Assembly: GCA_022340885.1 (NCBI GenBank)
Contig: JAJDND010000085.1
Location: 19,780 to 83,779 of the forward strand
Length of the DNA: 64,000 nt
Direction of reading: 5' to 3'
From: Desulfobacterales bacterium
Lineage (GTDB): Bacteria > Desulfobacterota > Desulfobacteria > Desulfobacterales > UBA11574
Part shown: positions 11,522 to 20,605 of the stretch, in pieces
Position numbering within the stretch: position 1 is the first letter of the stretch
Layout of the letters: each line of letters begins with the position of its first letter
Position numbers and translations under genes: made by a program
Notes under the pieces: model-generated
Seen by the model: only the letters and a program-made list of their open reading frames with translations
The model's database searches: none
What the model was told of the DNA's origin: nothing

Positions 11522-11602
11522 TCATTTCTTTTTTCTGAACTTAAAACACAGCCAGAAAGCAAAACCGATCAGCACAAGACCAAAAATGAAATGTGAATCC
11601 AC
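11522..11602 (-). CDS. Putative 26-aa membrane peptide (not in ORF track)
   Basis: AGGGAGG RBS 5 nt before GTG; MDSHFIFGLVLIGFAFWLCFKFRKKK = one hydrophobic helix plus basic tail. Confidence 0.45.
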   Translation of the reverse strand: MDSHFIFGLVLIGFAFWLCFKFRKKK

Positions 11603-12075
11603 GCCATCCTCCCTATTTTGATTTTAAAAAGAGTCATATAATGCATAGATTTAAAATTTTTGCAATATGGAATATGGTTTCCGCTCAAAAAAAAAGAAAT
11701 CCTGAAATCCACATAAAATCAGAATCTTCTGTTTCAAGCGCATGGTCAATTCTTGGGAATTAATGGCGTTATAACGTATTTTGTTTATGGCCAATAGTGA
11801 CCTATCCGCCACATCGAGTTTCATTCTGAAACAAACTTCACCTCAACCGCCCAATCCTTGTTTCAAACACGATCGGGGAAATTCAGCGGTTCGAAAAAGC
11901 GATCCTTTGATGAATATTTCGGTTCTGGAATTTTGTGTTGTCCCGAAAGATATCGATTTGAGAATTGTTTCAGTATTTTTCGATTGAATCCTTTAATAAT
12001 TTTTGCTAAGGGCAGGTGAACTATTTTTTCTATGAAGACCATTTTAAAAAAGTGAATACCGACAAAGGAGACTGC

Positions 12076-13626
12076 ATGGACTCAAAAGAAATACTCGATA
12101 AACTCGAGGAAAAGAACCGGGCAGCCATGGAAGGCGGTGGTCCTGATCGAATCCAAAAACAGCATGATTCAGGGAAGCTCACCGCCCGGGAGCGGATCGA
12201 TAAACTTCTGGATGACGGAACGTTTGTCGAGTTCGATCGATTCAAAGTGCATCGCTGTACAGACTTTGGAATGGAGAAAAAAAAGATCCCCGGCGACGGT
12301 GTCGTTACAGGGCACGGGCTGATGAATGGAAGACAAGTATTTGTATTTGCACAAGATTTTACCGCACACGGCGGCTCTCTTTCTCTGGCCCACGCTGAAA
12401 AAATATGCAAAGTTCTCCAGCATGCCATGCGAGTCGGCGCCCCGGTCATCGGACTCAACGACTCCGGCGGCGCAAGAATTCAGGAAGGGGTCATGAGTCT
12501 GGCCGGATACGGCGATATTTTCCTTTTAAATGTTCTGGCATCCGGCGTTATCCCGCAGATCAGCGCCATCATGGGGCCCTCGGCCGGAGGGGCGGTCTAT
12601 TCTCCGGCGCTGACCGACTGGGTGTTTATGGTCGAAAACACCAGTTATATGTTTATCACCGGACCCGAAGTCGTCAAGGCCGTTACCCGGGAAGACGTCA
12701 CCATGGAAGAACTCGGCGGTGCAATGGCGCACAGTGCCAAAAGTGGTGTGGCGCACTTTCCCTGTCCCGATGATGAAACCTGTATCGATAAAATTCGAGA
12801 ACTCATGTCGTTTCTGCCCCAGAACAACATGGAAGATCCGCCTCGGCAATCAACGGACGACGACCCCATGCGTCGCCAGGAAAACATTCGCGACATCGTC
12901 CCTTCGGACCCCAACAAGCCTTATGACATGCGAAATGTCATTACCGCCTGCCTGGACGACAACTATTTTTTCGAAGTACACGAACATTGGGCGCCCAGTA
13001 TCGTCGTTGGATTCGGCAGGTTTGACGGTATGGCGGTGGGGGTTGTCGCCAATCAGCCCGCGGCCATGGCCGGGGTTCTCGACATCAACGCATCCAATAA
13101 AGGTGCCCGGTTTGTCCGTTTTTGCGACTGTTTTAATATACCGCTGGTTATTTTTGAAGATGTGCCGGGGTTTATGCCCGGCACGCACCAGGAACACGGC
13201 GGAATCATCAAGCACGGCGCCAAATTGATCTATGCATTTGCCGAATCCACCGTCCCGCGCGTGACCGTCATCACCCGCAAGGCATACGGCGGCGCCTATA
13301 TTGTCATGAGCTCGAAACATCTTCGGGGGGATATCATTTTGGCTTACCCCAATGCGGAGATTGCGGTCATGGGCGCCGACGGCGCCGTAAATATCATTTG
13401 CCGCAGTCAGATAAAAAAAGCCGACGACCCTGAAGCGGAAAGACAGCGACTGATCGAGGACTATCGGGAAAAATTCTCGAATCCGTACCGGGCCGCGGAA
13501 CACGGTTATATCGATGAGGTCATCGATCCGGCGGACACCCGGCTGAAAATCATCCAGGCCCTAAGGATGCTCAGCAACAAACGAGACAGCAATCCTCCGA
13601 AAAAACATGGAAACATTCCCCTTTAA
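12076..13626 (+). CDS. mmdA: Acyl-CoA carboxyltransferase, methylmalonyl-CoA decarboxylase alpha-like (PccB family)
   Basis: GKLTARERI, DSGGARIQEG, DVPGFMPG, RKAYGGAY, C-terminal KKHGNIPL; AAGGAG RBS before ATG 12076. Confidence 0.85.
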   Translation: MDSKEILDKLEEKNRAAMEGGGPDRIQKQHDSGKLTARERIDKLLDDGTFVEFDRFKVHRCTDFGMEKKKIPGDGVVTGHGLMNGRQVFVFAQDFTAHGGSLSLAHAEKICKVLQHAMRVGAPVIGLNDSGGARIQEGVMSLAGYGDIFLLNVLASGVIPQISAIMGPSAGGAVYSPALTDWVFMVENTSYMFITGPEVVKAVTREDVTMEELGGAMAHSAKSGVAHFPCPDDETCIDKIRELMSFLPQNNMEDPPRQSTDDDPMRRQENIRDIVPSDPNKPYDMRNVITACLDDNYFFEVHEHWAPSIVVGFGRFDGMAVGVVANQPAAMAGVLDINASNKGARFVRFCDCFNIPLVIFEDVPGFMPGTHQEHGGIIKHGAKLIYAFAESTVPRVTVITRKAYGGAYIVMSSKHLRGDIILAYPNAEIAVMGADGAVNIICRSQIKKADDPEAERQRLIEDYREKFSNPYRAAEHGYIDEVIDPADTRLKIIQALRMLSNKRDSNPPKKHGNIPL

Positions 13627-13649
13627 ACCTTTAGAAAGGAGCGCGTTAC

Positions 13650-14798
13650 ATGAGCTGGGATCAAGTATTGGAACTGATTAAAAGCATCCTTTTAACGCAG
13701 ACAGGCATACCGAACCTGGATATCGGCCAGGTGATCATGATCCTCATTTCCTTTTTTTTCCTTTACCTGGCCGTCGCCAAAGAGTATGAACCGCTGCTGC
13801 TCGTTCCCATCGGCTTCGGCATATTTTTGGTGAATTTCCCCCTTGCACCGCTCATGGGATTTACCGAGCACGGCGATCCCCAACTCATCCAGGCCTTTTA
13901 TAAATACGGTGTTCAGTGGGAAATCATTCCCTGCCTGATCTTTTTGGGTCTGGGGGCAATGACGGATTTCGGGCCCCTGATCGCCAATCCGAAAACGCTG
14001 ATCATCGGCGCCGGCGCACAGCTGGGCGTATTCATCACCTATTGCGGAACCCTCTTTTTCGGCTTTACTTTAAAAGAAGCGGCTTCGGTGGGAATCATCG
14101 GCGGTGCGGACGGACCCACCACGATTTACCTGACCGCCATGCTGGCGCCGCAGCTTTTGGGCGCCAATGCTTTGGCCGCCTACTCTTACATGGCCATGGT
14201 TCCCCTCATACAGCCGCCCATCATGCGCCTGATGACCACCCCCGAACAACGGCGAATCAAAATGCGGCAGCTCAGGCCTGTTTCCGCCAAGGAAAAGCTT
14301 CTTTTTCCACTTATCGCGTCGATTTTTATAATTCTTCTGATCCCTGCCGTGGCGCCGTTGATGGGAATGTTCATGTTCGGAAATTTCATGCGCGAATGCG
14401 GCGTGGTGAAGCGTCTCAGCGAAACCGCTCAAAACGCCATGATGAACATCGTAACGATCCTCTTGGGGCTTTCGGTGGGAGCGACCATGCAGGCCGATGT
14501 TTTCTTGAGCTGGAAACCAATGCTGATTTTCGGCTTTGGGCTCTTGGACTTCATTATATGCACCTTCGGCGGCATTCTTACCGTTCACATCATGAACAAG
14601 TTTTTAAAGGAAAAGATGAACCCGCTCATCGGTTCCGCAGGGGTATCCGCAGTCCCCATGGCGGCCCGGGTTTCTCAAGTGGAAGGCCAGAAAGCCGATC
14701 CCGACAACTGGCTGATCATGCACGCCATGGGCCCCAACCTTGCCGGCGTCATCGGTTCCGCCTCCGCGGCAGGAATGTTCATTGCCATGTTCAAGTAG
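13650..14798 (+). CDS. mmdB: Na+-translocating decarboxylase beta subunit (OadB/MmdB family)
   Basis: EPLLLVPIGFG, GIIGGADGPT, YSYMAMVP, GSAGVSAVPMAARV, HAMGPN. Confidence 0.92.
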   Translation: MSWDQVLELIKSILLTQTGIPNLDIGQVIMILISFFFLYLAVAKEYEPLLLVPIGFGIFLVNFPLAPLMGFTEHGDPQLIQAFYKYGVQWEIIPCLIFLGLGAMTDFGPLIANPKTLIIGAGAQLGVFITYCGTLFFGFTLKEAASVGIIGGADGPTTIYLTAMLAPQLLGANALAAYSYMAMVPLIQPPIMRLMTTPEQRRIKMRQLRPVSAKEKLLFPLIASIFIILLIPAVAPLMGMFMFGNFMRECGVVKRLSETAQNAMMNIVTILLGLSVGATMQADVFLSWKPMLIFGFGLLDFIICTFGGILTVHIMNKFLKEKMNPLIGSAGVSAVPMAARVSQVEGQKADPDNWLIMHAMGPNLAGVIGSASAAGMFIAMFK

Positions 14799-14807
14799 GA
14801 GAGATTT

Positions 14808-15755
14808 ATGAATCGTTTAACCCATGGATTTTTCAAGAACGCCATCCGGGCGTGGCTCATTTTGGCCGGGTTGTTGGTGATCCTGGCACCTCGAACGACG
14901 GTTTATGCGGCTTTCGGCGAGGATCTGGAAAAACCCAAGCCCGAATTCACCCGTGAGGGAAATATGATCACGGCCAAGCTCATTCCCCGTGCAAAAAGCA
15001 CCAGCGTTTCGATTCACTTTACGGTTTCAGGCGGCCGACTCGTCAACGTCGAAGGCATGGATTTTCAAGAGGCTGCGCGTCCCGGGGTCGACAATAAGGA
15101 TTTCAAGTCCGAACTTTTTACTATCAAGATCGACGGGGTTCCGCCGGGCGGAGAGGCGAAGGTATCCGTCACGTCGGATTTTTTCAGCAGTTCGACCGAG
15201 TATTGGATATTCAACCGAAACTTGAAAGAACCCTGGATGAATGCCGATGCAAAGAATATCAGCCTGCCGGACATGGTCCAAGAACTTTTGGTTTCGGTAA
15301 AAGACGGCGGGCCTTTTGACAGTGACGGCGCTGTAAATGGCCGGATTACGCTATCGGGAGGACCCAAGGACTCTTTTTGGGGATATGCCCTGGGCACCCT
15401 TTTTATCCGATTCTTCGGTATTTTTCTTGTTTTGTCCATTCTTATGATCGGTATGATCCTTTCGGGCAAAATCTTTCAAATGATAGACAAAAAAAAGGCG
15501 AAAAGGGAAAAAGAGATTCAAGTGCAGCCGGAAGTCCCGGCACCCGATATCCAGCCGACCGAGGCCATTGAACCGGAACTTGCCGCTGCTGTCTGTGCAG
15601 CGCTGCATTTGCACTTTTCAGGGCGCCGGTCCGGGGCAGCGAGTTCCCCATCTATCACGCCGGCGGTATCGCCCTGGGTCCGGCAGGGCCGTGAACGGAT
15701 TATGAACGCCCGATCCATACCCACAAACCGATTTAACCGCTTACAGAATCGATGA
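14808..15755 (+). CDS. OadG/MmdD-like anchor subunit fused to an N-terminal exported domain
   Basis: Signal-like N-terminus, KDGGPFDSDGAVNGRI motif, TM (FFGIFLVLSILMIGM), ELAAAVCAAL and SPWVRQGR OadG-type tail. Confidence 0.75.
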   Translation: MNRLTHGFFKNAIRAWLILAGLLVILAPRTTVYAAFGEDLEKPKPEFTREGNMITAKLIPRAKSTSVSIHFTVSGGRLVNVEGMDFQEAARPGVDNKDFKSELFTIKIDGVPPGGEAKVSVTSDFFSSSTEYWIFNRNLKEPWMNADAKNISLPDMVQELLVSVKDGGPFDSDGAVNGRITLSGGPKDSFWGYALGTLFIRFFGIFLVLSILMIGMILSGKIFQMIDKKKAKREKEIQVQPEVPAPDIQPTEAIEPELAAAVCAALHLHFSGRRSGAASSPSITPAVSPWVRQGRERIMNARSIPTNRFNRLQNR

Positions 15756-15764
15756 GGTTTTTAT

Positions 15765-16298
15765 ATGAAATACAAAATTGCAGTCAATGACCGTACCTTT
15801 GAAGTTGAAATCAATGACATAAAGGAAGGTATTGCCCAGGTAAACGTCGACGGCCGGCCCTATGACGTTCTCATTGAAAACTACAAAGACATCGCAGCAG
15901 GATCGAAGACTTTGAGCCCGGCATTGGTACCCGCTGATGCACCGGCATCCGGGACCATCCCGTCATCACCGGCGAAACCGGCGCCGATATCACCCAAGGT
16001 GCCGAAACCGGCAACGGATACCGCTGCGGCCCCGGCGAAACCGGCAACGCCGACCCCGGCTCCGGCGCCCAAAAAAGTGCAGGCTGCAGGTGAAATCGTG
16101 GCACCGATTCCCGGACGTATCCTGGAAATCAAGGTGAACGTCGGAGATCCGGTGGCCAAGGGTCAAACCGTGGCGACCATGGAAGCGATGAAAATGGAAA
16201 ATAATATTGCCAGCACCATGGACGGTGTTGTTCAGACGATACGGGTTCAAAAAGATTCGGAAGTCGCCACCGGTGAAGTCATTATGATCATCGAATAA
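15765..16298 (+). CDS. mmdC: Biotin carboxyl carrier protein (MmdC-like)
   Basis: EAMKMEN biotinylation motif, Pro/Ala-rich linker. Confidence 0.88.
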   Translation: MKYKIAVNDRTFEVEINDIKEGIAQVNVDGRPYDVLIENYKDIAAGSKTLSPALVPADAPASGTIPSSPAKPAPISPKVPKPATDTAAAPAKPATPTPAPAPKKVQAAGEIVAPIPGRILEIKVNVGDPVAKGQTVATMEAMKMENNIASTMDGVVQTIRVQKDSEVATGEVIMIIE

Positions 16299-16336
16299 TC
16301 GATTCTCTTGTATATCCGGCGACATCGGCGCAAAAG

Positions 16337-16368
16337 AAAATCCGGCCTTTTAAGAAAGGCCGGATTTT
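16337..16368. terminator. Bidirectional intrinsic terminator
   Basis: aaaatccggccttt-taag-aaaggccggatttt perfect stem between convergent genes. Confidence 0.85.
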
Positions 16369-16400
16369 GAGATTTTATGCAGGAAATATCTTAGCGTTCA

Positions 16401-16958
16401 TCAGACCATGGAATAAACATAAAGATTCCGGCGAAGACGCTCCCCCTCTTCGACTCTGCTGTCCTCTCGGTCTTCCAAGGTTTCCGAAACCACAAAAGCG
16501 ATGTCTTTTTGCTCTCTGGTGATGGATTCCAGCGCCTCTTCTGGTTCGCTGAACATCACGATATGGTGAAACGGAATCCCTTTTTCGGCGGCTGCTTCTT
16601 GAAACAAACCGGCATTTTTTTCAGACATGCTCTTAAACTCTTCACAGACCTGATTGCGGGAAGATGAAAACAGCTTGAATGTTTCGCAGGACAGCGGCGC
16701 CGTATTCAGGGCCAAAATTTCATAGGACATCCGCTGTGCCATATCAAGAGCATAGTCAATGATCTCTTTTGAAAAATCGCTTTCTCTGCCCATAACCAGC
16801 AGTTTGGTGGGCGCCTGAACTTCTTTTTGATCCGCCATTGTTTCCATGGCATATTCGGATTCGCCGGCTTCGGCAAAGGTAATCGCTTCTTGATATTTGT
16901 CCATTTTATTGCCGGTTCTGCTCATTTTTCGTTTGATTCTTCCAAAAATTCCAGCCAT
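16401..16958 (-). CDS. Hypothetical protein, USP-like fold, with FAEAGE motif
   Basis: GGAGG RBS; EAITFAEAGESEYAM; KLLVMG..IIDYALDMAQR resembles a USP N-terminus. Confidence 0.75.
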   Translation of the reverse strand: MAGIFGRIKRKMSRTGNKMDKYQEAITFAEAGESEYAMETMADQKEVQAPTKLLVMGRESDFSKEIIDYALDMAQRMSYEILALNTAPLSCETFKLFSSSRNQVCEEFKSMSEKNAGLFQEAAAEKGIPFHHIVMFSEPEEALESITREQKDIAFVVSETLEDREDSRVEEGERLRRNLYVYSMV

Positions 16959-17009
16959 TTTTACCTCCTCCTTCAGTCATCTATATTTTCATTTTCAGGT
17001 TTTTGATTT

Positions 17010-17510
17010 CTAACTGTGAACCGTGACCACTGGAACGGATAAACTTCTCTTTATATTCGCAAGGGTGGTTTTCTTTTCAAAAATATCCGCAGTCCCGCTG
17101 TCTCCGGAAGCATCGTATATAGTCAAAATAACATCCCGATGGTCGTTGACATAATCGACGATCTCTTTTTCCGGATTACCGGAACGGATCGAAAATCGAC
17201 AATGGACGCCTGCCTTTTCCGATTCTTTCAAGAGATGTTCAACCTGCTCAGAGCCTTCGGCCATCAGATCCAAGGCCGTCTCGTGCTCTCCGGCTTCCGC
17301 AAAGGCTGCCGCTGCCATGGTGCTTTCCAAAACTTTCTGTGCAATCATGGCGTTCTTCCGTATCTTTTTGATATACTTGCGATAATACTGGGGTCTGATG
17401 ACCTGGAATATGCTCAACTCGGCACTGATCCGCTTGCAAAGCGAAATCGCATAATGAAATACCTTTTGGTCGCTGGTTATACCGTCTATGGTCAATAAGA
17501 CTTTTTTCAT
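17010..17510 (-). CDS. Universal stress protein-like with FAEAGE motif
   Basis: MKKVLLTIDG, GNPEKEIV, PVVTV; internal AAAFAEAGEHETALDLM. Confidence 0.8.
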   Translation of the reverse strand: MKKVLLTIDGITSDQKVFHYAISLCKRISAELSIFQVIRPQYYRKYIKKIRKNAMIAQKVLESTMAAAAFAEAGEHETALDLMAEGSEQVEHLLKESEKAGVHCRFSIRSGNPEKEIVDYVNDHRDVILTIYDASGDSGTADIFEKKTTLANIKRSLSVPVVTVHS

Positions 17511-17547
17511 GGTGATCCCCTTTTATCCGCTGCCCATTTCAGCCTGG

Positions 17548-17724
17548 TTAAACATGCATCCTGGGACGGGTCTCTTCGCTCCGGCGAACACGGTCTTCGG
17601 CCTTTCTTCGGGACTCGCTTTCCGGGCGATCATGCATGATATCGAGCGCTGTCTCATGCTCGTTGGCCTCGGCAAAGCTAATGGCCGCCATCAATCTGTC
17701 GAAAGTTTCTTTGAATTTAAACAT
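17548..17724 (-). CDS. 58-aa protein with FAEANEHETAL motif (not in ORF track)
   Basis: GGAGG RBS; MFKFKETFDRLMAAISFAEANEHETALDIMHDRPESESRRKAEDRVRRSEETRPRMHV; motif shared with the two downstream genes. Confidence 0.8.
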   Translation of the reverse strand: MFKFKETFDRLMAAISFAEANEHETALDIMHDRPESESRRKAEDRVRRSEETRPRMHV

Positions 17725-17775
17725 GGTGGAATCCTCCGTTGCTCAATATTGTTTTTGCTGTTAATCATTGTTAGA

Positions 17776-17790
17776 GCAATTCCCGTGCCG
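17776..17790 (-). promoter_or_regulatory. Sigma54 -24/-12 promoter
   Basis: CGGCACGGGAATTGC on the minus strand, about 50 bp upstream of the 58-aa gene. Confidence 0.75.
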
Positions 17791-17868
17791 GCTTGATCAA
17801 AAACATTTATCTTATTGATATTGTTATATTTATATAGACATAAGCGGGCAAATGACATCCAAACAGAA

Positions 17869-17971
17869 TGTTGCAACATGCAACAGTTTTTCCGATGATA
17901 AAAATATTCAGTTTAATATTAGCAGGTTATACAACATTGCAAAAAAGAATGCTCCGTTGCACATTGTAACA
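17869..17971. promoter_or_regulatory. Two palindromic enhancer-type sites TGTTGCA-N3-TGCAACA
   Basis: tgttgcaacatgcaaca 17869-17885 and cgttgcacattgtaaca 17955-17971. Confidence 0.65.
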
Positions 17972-18059
17972 CCCAAATATCCCTTAAAATCCGGTCGTAA
18001 AAAATTATTGCGAAGGTCGATTGAATCTGATTGTATACAAAAAATAAAGGAATCCGATC

Positions 18060-20063
18060 ATGCGAATATTTAAGAAGGAAAAAGGACAATTGAAGGAACT
18101 GCCGGCGGAAATCAATGAATTAAGGGAAGATGTGCAAAGCGCCAAAATGCCCGAACCGGTGGAAAAGGTCGTTTACAAAGAACTCGAGCGGCTGACCAAA
18201 ACTTCTCCTTCGAGCGCTGAATACACCATCGGAATCAACTATATCGATTATCTGTTGAGTCTGCCCTGGAACAAAATGACTAACGACAACCTCGATATTA
18301 AACGGGCGGAATCCATCCTCAACGAAGATCATTTTGGGCTGGTCAAAATAAAAGACCGCATTCTGGAGCATCTATCCGTCAGGATTTTAAAGATGTCCGG
18401 CCAACATAAGATCCTGGTGGTGGATGATGAACAAATTACCCGCCAGAACCTGGAGCATGTTTTTAAAAAAGACGGCTATCACGTCAATACCGCATCGGAT
18501 GGCCAGGAAGCGTTGGATTTTCTGGGAAAAAGCGCATTTGACGTTATCGTCACGGATCTCAAAATGGGCAAAGTCGATGGCATGACGGTTCTGGAAAGCG
18601 CCAAAGCGGTCAACCCGGGCACCGAAGTGATTATCATCACTGGGTACGCCACCGTATCCACGGCCATTGAAGCCATGAAAAAAGGATCGTATCATTATCT
18701 GACCAAGCCGCTAAAACTCAATGAAATCCGGTCGACCATCCAAAAAGCATTGTATAAAAAAACGGTTCGGTTAGAGCCCAAAGGTCCGGTGCTTTGTTTT
18801 GCCGGCCCGCCCGGAACCGGAAAAACGTCTCTGGGCATGTCCATTGCCAGAAGCCTGGAACGAAAATTTGTCCGCATATCTTTGGCCGGCATGAAGGATG
18901 AGGCAGAGATAAGAGGCCACCGCAAAAGTTATGTCGGTGCGCTGCCGGGAAGAATTATTCAGGAAATTCGACGTGCTGAAACAAAGAATCCCGTGATTAT
19001 GCTCGATGAAATCGATAAAATCGGTCGTGATTTTAAAGGAGATCCTGCCGCAGCACTTCTGGAGGTTCTCGATCCCGAGCAAAATACGCATTTTGTGGAC
19101 CATTACCTGGATGTTCCCTTTGACCTGTCCCGTGTGATGTTCATTGCCACCGCAAACGCCCTGGATCTCATACCCGGACCCCTGCTGGACCGGCTGGAGG
19201 TGATCACCTTGTTGGGATACACGGAAGAAGAAAAAGAGAAAATCGCGAGCCGGTATTTAATCCCGAAAGAAATTGAAGAAGCGGGGCTCATTGAAAACTC
19301 GCCGGTGTTCACGGAGGAAACCATCCATAAGATCATCCGGGAGTACACACGGGAAGCTGGGCTGAGAAATCTTAAGCGCCAGATTGCTTCCATCTGCCGT
19401 AAGATTGCCCGTGAAACTTTGCGCGGCGGGTATAAAAACGAACCACATATCCTAACCCCTGAAATGGTGGAGGATTTTTTAGGCCCTCGAAAATTCTATT
19501 TTGAAGTTGCGGAAGCCAAAGAAAGGGTGGGCGTGGCCACGGGGCTGGCATGGACGGAGGCCGGGGGACAGATCATCTTTATTGAAGCCGCCAAGATGAA
19601 AGGGAAAGGAAATCTGATGCTCACCGGGTCATTGGGAGACGTGATGAAAGAGTCGGCCCATGCCGCGATGAGTTACATACGAAGCCACGCCGCTGCTTTC
19701 AATATCCCGGACAGCATATTCGAAACCTATGACATCCACATCCATGTGCCTGCCGGCGCGATTCCCAAAGACGGTCCATCGGCGGGCGTCACCATCGCCA
19801 TAGCGCTTATCAGCCTGATAACGGACCGATCCTGCAAAAGAAACGTAGCATTGACCGGGGAACTGACGCTGAGCGGAAGGATCCTGCCGGTGGGCGGGGT
19901 CAAGGAAAAGGTCCTGGCCGCACACCGGGCCGGTGTGAAAGCCGTGGTCTTCCCGGCCAGAAACGATTCGGACATCAAGGATATTTCCGAGGATATTAAA
20001 AAAGATATTCAGATCATCGAAATCGATGAATTGGAGGAAGTCATCGATGTGGTGTTGAATTAG
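18060..20063 (+). CDS. lon: Lon (S16) protease lacking the N-domain, with an inserted receiver domain
   Basis: [20 protein letters not shown] ~18408-18760, [33 protein letters not shown] (Ser), GGVKEK (Lys). Confidence 0.92.
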   Translation: MRIFKKEKGQLKELPAEINELREDVQSAKMPEPVEKVVYKELERLTKTSPSSAEYTIGINYIDYLLSLPWNKMTNDNLDIKRAESILNEDHFGLVKIKDRILEHLSVRILKMSGQHKILVVDDEQITRQNLEHVFKKDGYHVNTASDGQEALDFLGKSAFDVIVTDLKMGKVDGMTVLESAKAVNPGTEVIIITGYATVSTAIEAMKKGSYHYLTKPLKLNEIRSTIQKALYKKTVRLEPKGPVLCFAGPPGTGKTSLGMSIARSLERKFVRISLAGMKDEAEIRGHRKSYVGALPGRIIQEIRRAETKNPVIMLDEIDKIGRDFKGDPAAALLEVLDPEQNTHFVDHYLDVPFDLSRVMFIATANALDLIPGPLLDRLEVITLLGYTEEEKEKIASRYLIPKEIEEAGLIENSPVFTEETIHKIIREYTREAGLRNLKRQIASICRKIARETLRGGYKNEPHILTPEMVEDFLGPRKFYFEVAEAKERVGVATGLAWTEAGGQIIFIEAAKMKGKGNLMLTGSLGDVMKESAHAAMSYIRSHAAAFNIPDSIFETYDIHIHVPAGAIPKDGPSAGVTIAIALISLITDRSCKRNVALTGELTLSGRILPVGGVKEKVLAAHRAGVKAVVFPARNDSDIKDISEDIKKDIQIIEIDELEEVIDVVLN

Positions 20064-20076
20064 CGACAGGCGTTTA

Positions 20077-20568
20077 TCAGATATACTTGAACATGGCAAA
20101 AGTCAGGTCTTTTGGGGTCGGGTTTCCGGTTTTGACAAATCCGCGGCTTTGATAGAACGCTTCCGAGGAAGGAAATTTGGGAACTTCTACTTCCATCTCA
20201 CTCATTCCCATTTGCCTGAACAAATTTTCACACTGCTCATACAAAAGCGAACCATAGCCTTTTCTGGAATAGATCATTTTGACTTGCAATGTTTTGATGA
20301 CCAGCTTCACCCCCCTTCGAACCACGAGCACACAACCGATAAGATCTTCCTCATCGTTAAGCAGCATGGCCAGATATCCCCTTTTCATCTCTTCTTGAAT
20401 TTTCTCGGGCGTTGCAAAGGCCACCAGTCTTTCGAGATCTTCCGGACGATACTCGCCCTGATGAACATCCTGAGTGTTTTGCCGGATCAGAGCTGCAATT
20501 TTCTTTGCTTCGGAATCACTCAACGGTTTTGAATTTTCCCTTAAATTGTCTATGACTTTGATTTTCAT
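20077..20568 (-). CDS. GNAT family N-acetyltransferase
   Basis: LQV..YSRKGYGSLL motif A; AFYQSRGF motif B. Confidence 0.8.
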   Translation of the reverse strand: MKIKVIDNLRENSKPLSDSEAKKIAALIRQNTQDVHQGEYRPEDLERLVAFATPEKIQEEMKRGYLAMLLNDEEDLIGCVLVVRRGVKLVIKTLQVKMIYSRKGYGSLLYEQCENLFRQMGMSEMEVEVPKFPSSEAFYQSRGFVKTGNPTPKDLTFAMFKYI

Positions 20569-20605
20569 TTGTCAGGTCTTATTTTAAAATCCGGACCGTT
20601 ATCGT

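Noticed and set aside
13916-14956. 346-aa alternative-frame ORF overlapping the beta subunit gene
   Set aside because: Arg/His-rich with no motif; typical shadow frame of a GC3-biased membrane protein gene
15960-16075. ccggcgaaaccggc-type repeats
   Set aside because: They encode the ordinary Pro/Ala/Lys linker of a biotin carrier protein
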